From: an uncultured Methanosarcinales archaeon
GTDB taxonomy: Archaea; Halobacteriota; Methanosarcinia; Methanotrichales; Methanotrichaceae
Direction: 5' to 3'
Assembly (NCBI GenBank): GCA_963843555.1
Contig: CAWJKV010000010.1
Coordinates: 80,201-144,200, forward strand
Length of the DNA stretch: 64,000 bases
Below the pieces are notes generated by a model. It was not told where the DNA came from, searched no databases, and saw only the letters and a program-made list of their open reading frames with translations. Below, one piece after another: positions 61,891 through 64,000 of this stretch; position 1 is the stretch's first letter, and the number at the start of each line of letters is the position of its first letter. The position numbers and the translations under genes were made by a program.

Positions 61891-62559
61891 TTGGCCAGGC
61901 CCTTCGTATTCATCAACAGCGCCATGAGCGCGGACGGAAAGATCAGCTCAGTGAATCGCACGCAGGTGAGAATCTCCGGCCTGGCGGATCTCGCCAGGGT
62001 TGACGGCCTGCGGGCATCCAGCAATGCCATCATGGTAGGATTGGGTACAGTGCTGGCGGACGATCCCGGCTTGAGGGTCAAGTCGAAAGATCATCGCGAG
62101 GCGAGACTGAATAAGGGTTGGCCGGAAAACCCGCTGCGCGTTGTAGCCGACAGCCTGGCCAGAACACCGCCGGACGCCAAAATCCTTGGTCCAGGGTGCC
62201 TGATCGCCGCCTCCAGTTCCGCCCCGGAGGATAGACTGGAGAGGCTCTCATCACGGTGTGAGATAATTAAATGCGGTATCGAGAGAGTGGATCTGGCGGA
62301 ACTGATGGCAGAGCTTTATGAGAGGGGCATAAAGCGTCTAATGGTGGAAGGCGGAGCCCGGCTCAACTGGTCTCTTATCAGGCTGGGCCTGGTGGATGAG
62401 CTGTATGTCTATATTGGAGGCCTTATCATCGGTGGAGAGAGTGCACCCACCCTCGTGGACGGCCAGGGATTTCGAGAGTCTTATCCCCGTCTGAGGTTGG
62501 ATTCTGCGGAGAGGCTGGATGAGGGTGTGCTTCTCAAGTGGAGCCTGGAAAAATATTAG
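61891..62559 (+). CDS. arfC: 2,5-diamino-6-(ribosylamino)-4(3H)-pyrimidinone 5'-phosphate reductase (RibD C-terminal type)
   Basis: RPFVFINSAMSADGKI, MVGLGTVLADDP, LRVVADS, LMVEGGA and APTLVDG. Confidence 0.9.
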   Translation: MARPFVFINSAMSADGKISSVNRTQVRISGLADLARVDGLRASSNAIMVGLGTVLADDPGLRVKSKDHREARLNKGWPENPLRVVADSLARTPPDAKILGPGCLIAASSSAPEDRLERLSSRCEIIKCGIERVDLAELMAELYERGIKRLMVEGGARLNWSLIRLGLVDELYVYIGGLIIGGESAPTLVDGQGFRESYPRLRLDSAERLDEGVLLKWSLEKY

Positions 62560-62647
62560 GCGGACGCATGCCTGAAGGAAGGAGGCACAGCCGTCTGCTT
62601 GAAGGGGGCCATTCTATCGCACCGTTCGCATTTCCACATTCTACATC

Positions 62648-63094
62648 CTATCGCACCACCAGCACAGGCACTTTGGAGTTGCGAACTACCTTATCAGCGA
62701 CGCTTCCCAGGAGGAACCTCTCCAGACCTGAGGCTCCGATGTAGCCGATGACAATAAGGTTCATGTTCTCCTTTTCTGCCACACGGATAATGGTGTCTGC
62801 GGGATGGCCTTCAATGATCTTTCTTTCCGCCTGGACCCCGGTCGTCTTTGCCATCTCTTCTATTCGTTTTATGGCCTCTTCACCCTGCTCGTTTAGGATT
62901 TCCCTCATGGCCGCAAAAGGATCTTCGACGGGTTTTGAGAGCAATTCCCCCAGAGGAGCATTCTCCTTGCTGATGTCAATCACGTAAAGGATTGTAACTG
63001 CGGCCCCATAAAGCCGGGCCATCTCTATTCCTGCGGCTGCTGCCTTCTCGCTGTGCGTGGATCCGTCAATGGCAACCAGTATCTTTTCAAACAT
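62648..63094 (-). CDS. Universal stress protein
   Basis: MFEKILVAIDGS, GHPADTII and LLGSVADKVVR. Confidence 0.94.
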   Translation of the reverse strand: MFEKILVAIDGSTHSEKAAAAGIEMARLYGAAVTILYVIDISKENAPLGELLSKPVEDPFAAMREILNEQGEEAIKRIEEMAKTTGVQAERKIIEGHPADTIIRVAEKENMNLIVIGYIGASGLERFLLGSVADKVVRNSKVPVLVVR

Positions 63095-63279
63095 GATATC
63101 ACAAGTATAGATAGGCTTTTTTAGGTTATAATTATTTTGACCGACCCTATTTAACCGAACTGCGACCTCGGCGCCCTTTTTTATGAAGAATTCCAGATCC
63201 TTCACCGGTGGTTCATACCAGCATGCTTAGACCGCATTTGTACTTCAGCATGCAGGCCGGGCTGGAGACGGACGCCAAA

Positions 63280-63396
63280 AGGGATTAAGGGCTTTGAGTC
63301 CGATGTCCGGGAGATCGTCGAGCGGCTGAGAAGAGAGAATAAGAGGAAGCCGGCTTTCATCGATGAGCTGAAGACGCTGCAAATTTTGGCTTGGTG
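63280..63396 (+). pseudogene. Possible C-terminal remnant of a larger (SWIM-type) protein
   Basis: Start-less frame FESDVREIVERLRRENKRKPAFIDELKTL, resembling the KRRPAxxxEL ends of such proteins. Confidence 0.3.
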
Positions 63397-63434
63397 ATAA
63401 ACTCCAAATACGAAAAGAAATAACAGTTAAAAGA

Positions 63435-63998
63435 ATGCGTAAGCTCATCGCCCATGCCTCGGGAAAGGTCCAGATGGCCGGCTACAGGTCCCGTGTAGTT
63501 ATCATAGCTAAAGCCTTTGACCTCAAAGGATATGTTAGGAACCTGCCGGATGGCAGGGTGAAGATCGTAGCGGAGGGCTCCGAGGCCGATTTAGAAAGGT
63601 TTCTTGCAGCCATAAGGATTGAGAATTCCCTTATTAAGGTTGATGACATCAAGGCCGAGTTTTCTGATGCCGAGGGAGCTTATGAAGACTTTTTCAAGGT
63701 GGTCGGAGATAGGGAGACGGATGCCCGGCTGGATGTGGCCGCGGAGCATCTGAAAGAGCTGATAGCAGCCGTGAGAGAGGGGTTTAAGGAAACCAACTCC
63801 AGGTTAGGCGAGATCTCTGGAAAACAGGACCACGTGATCGACAAAATCGATGAGACCCGCGAGGAGATAGCCTCCACCCAGGAGGAGATGGTCTCTGAGG
63901 TCCGGGGCCTGCGCTCGGATCTGAAGGGCCGAACAGATGAGAGGCTGCAGAGGATCGAGAGCGATGTGACGGAGATCAAGGCCAGGATGAGGTCTTAA
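63435..63998 (+). CDS. Acylphosphatase domain with C-terminal coiled coil
   Basis: SGKVQMAGYR and LKGYVRNLPDGRVKIVAEG, followed by about 90 aa of heptad repeats. Confidence 0.88.
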   Translation: MRKLIAHASGKVQMAGYRSRVVIIAKAFDLKGYVRNLPDGRVKIVAEGSEADLERFLAAIRIENSLIKVDDIKAEFSDAEGAYEDFFKVVGDRETDARLDVAAEHLKELIAAVREGFKETNSRLGEISGKQDHVIDKIDETREEIASTQEEMVSEVRGLRSDLKGRTDERLQRIESDVTEIKARMRS

Positions 63999-64000
63999 CT

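Noticed and set aside
1..64000. CRISPR array, rRNA, inteins (mcm, nrdD), provirus
   Set aside because: No spaced direct repeats, rRNA-like segments, intein-sized insertions or viral hallmark genes were seen.

Overview
Archaeal chromosomal window from a methanogen. The gene set (TFB, MCM, Gar1, Nmd3, DnaG, geranylgeranyl reductase, methanogenesis marker 11, DUF1699) suggests Methanothrix/Methanosarcinales; this assignment is inference. Housekeeping blocks: nrdD+ferredoxin, nog1/gar1/tfb, serA, iorA-like/mmp11/truD/pth2/dnaG/nmd3/mcm, nurA-herA-mre11-rad50, ggr, Ku+ligase, metE-like/thrC/CBS/USP/amidohydrolase/arfC and tRNA-His. Four accessory patches lie between them: (i) 4.6-10 kb, redox/stress and orphan genes with a thermonuclease; (ii) 11-20 kb, a secreted-protein operon, an IS256 relic and an hxlR/hcp module; (iii) 27.2-30.7 kb, an AT-richer RiPP-like island; (iv) 41-44.5 kb, a decayed IS1/MarR/nitroreductase region. 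The best candidate for an undescribed system is island (iii). It encodes a radical SAM/SPASM maturase, then a ricin-lectin protein with two beta-gamma-crystallin domains inserted inside the lectin fold, then the C-terminal half of a B12-type RiPP radical SAM enzyme, with no small precursor peptide visible. About ten otherwise intact genes carry single-base frameshifts, most likely sequencing or assembly indels. All family assignments come from motif recognition by eye; no searches were run.
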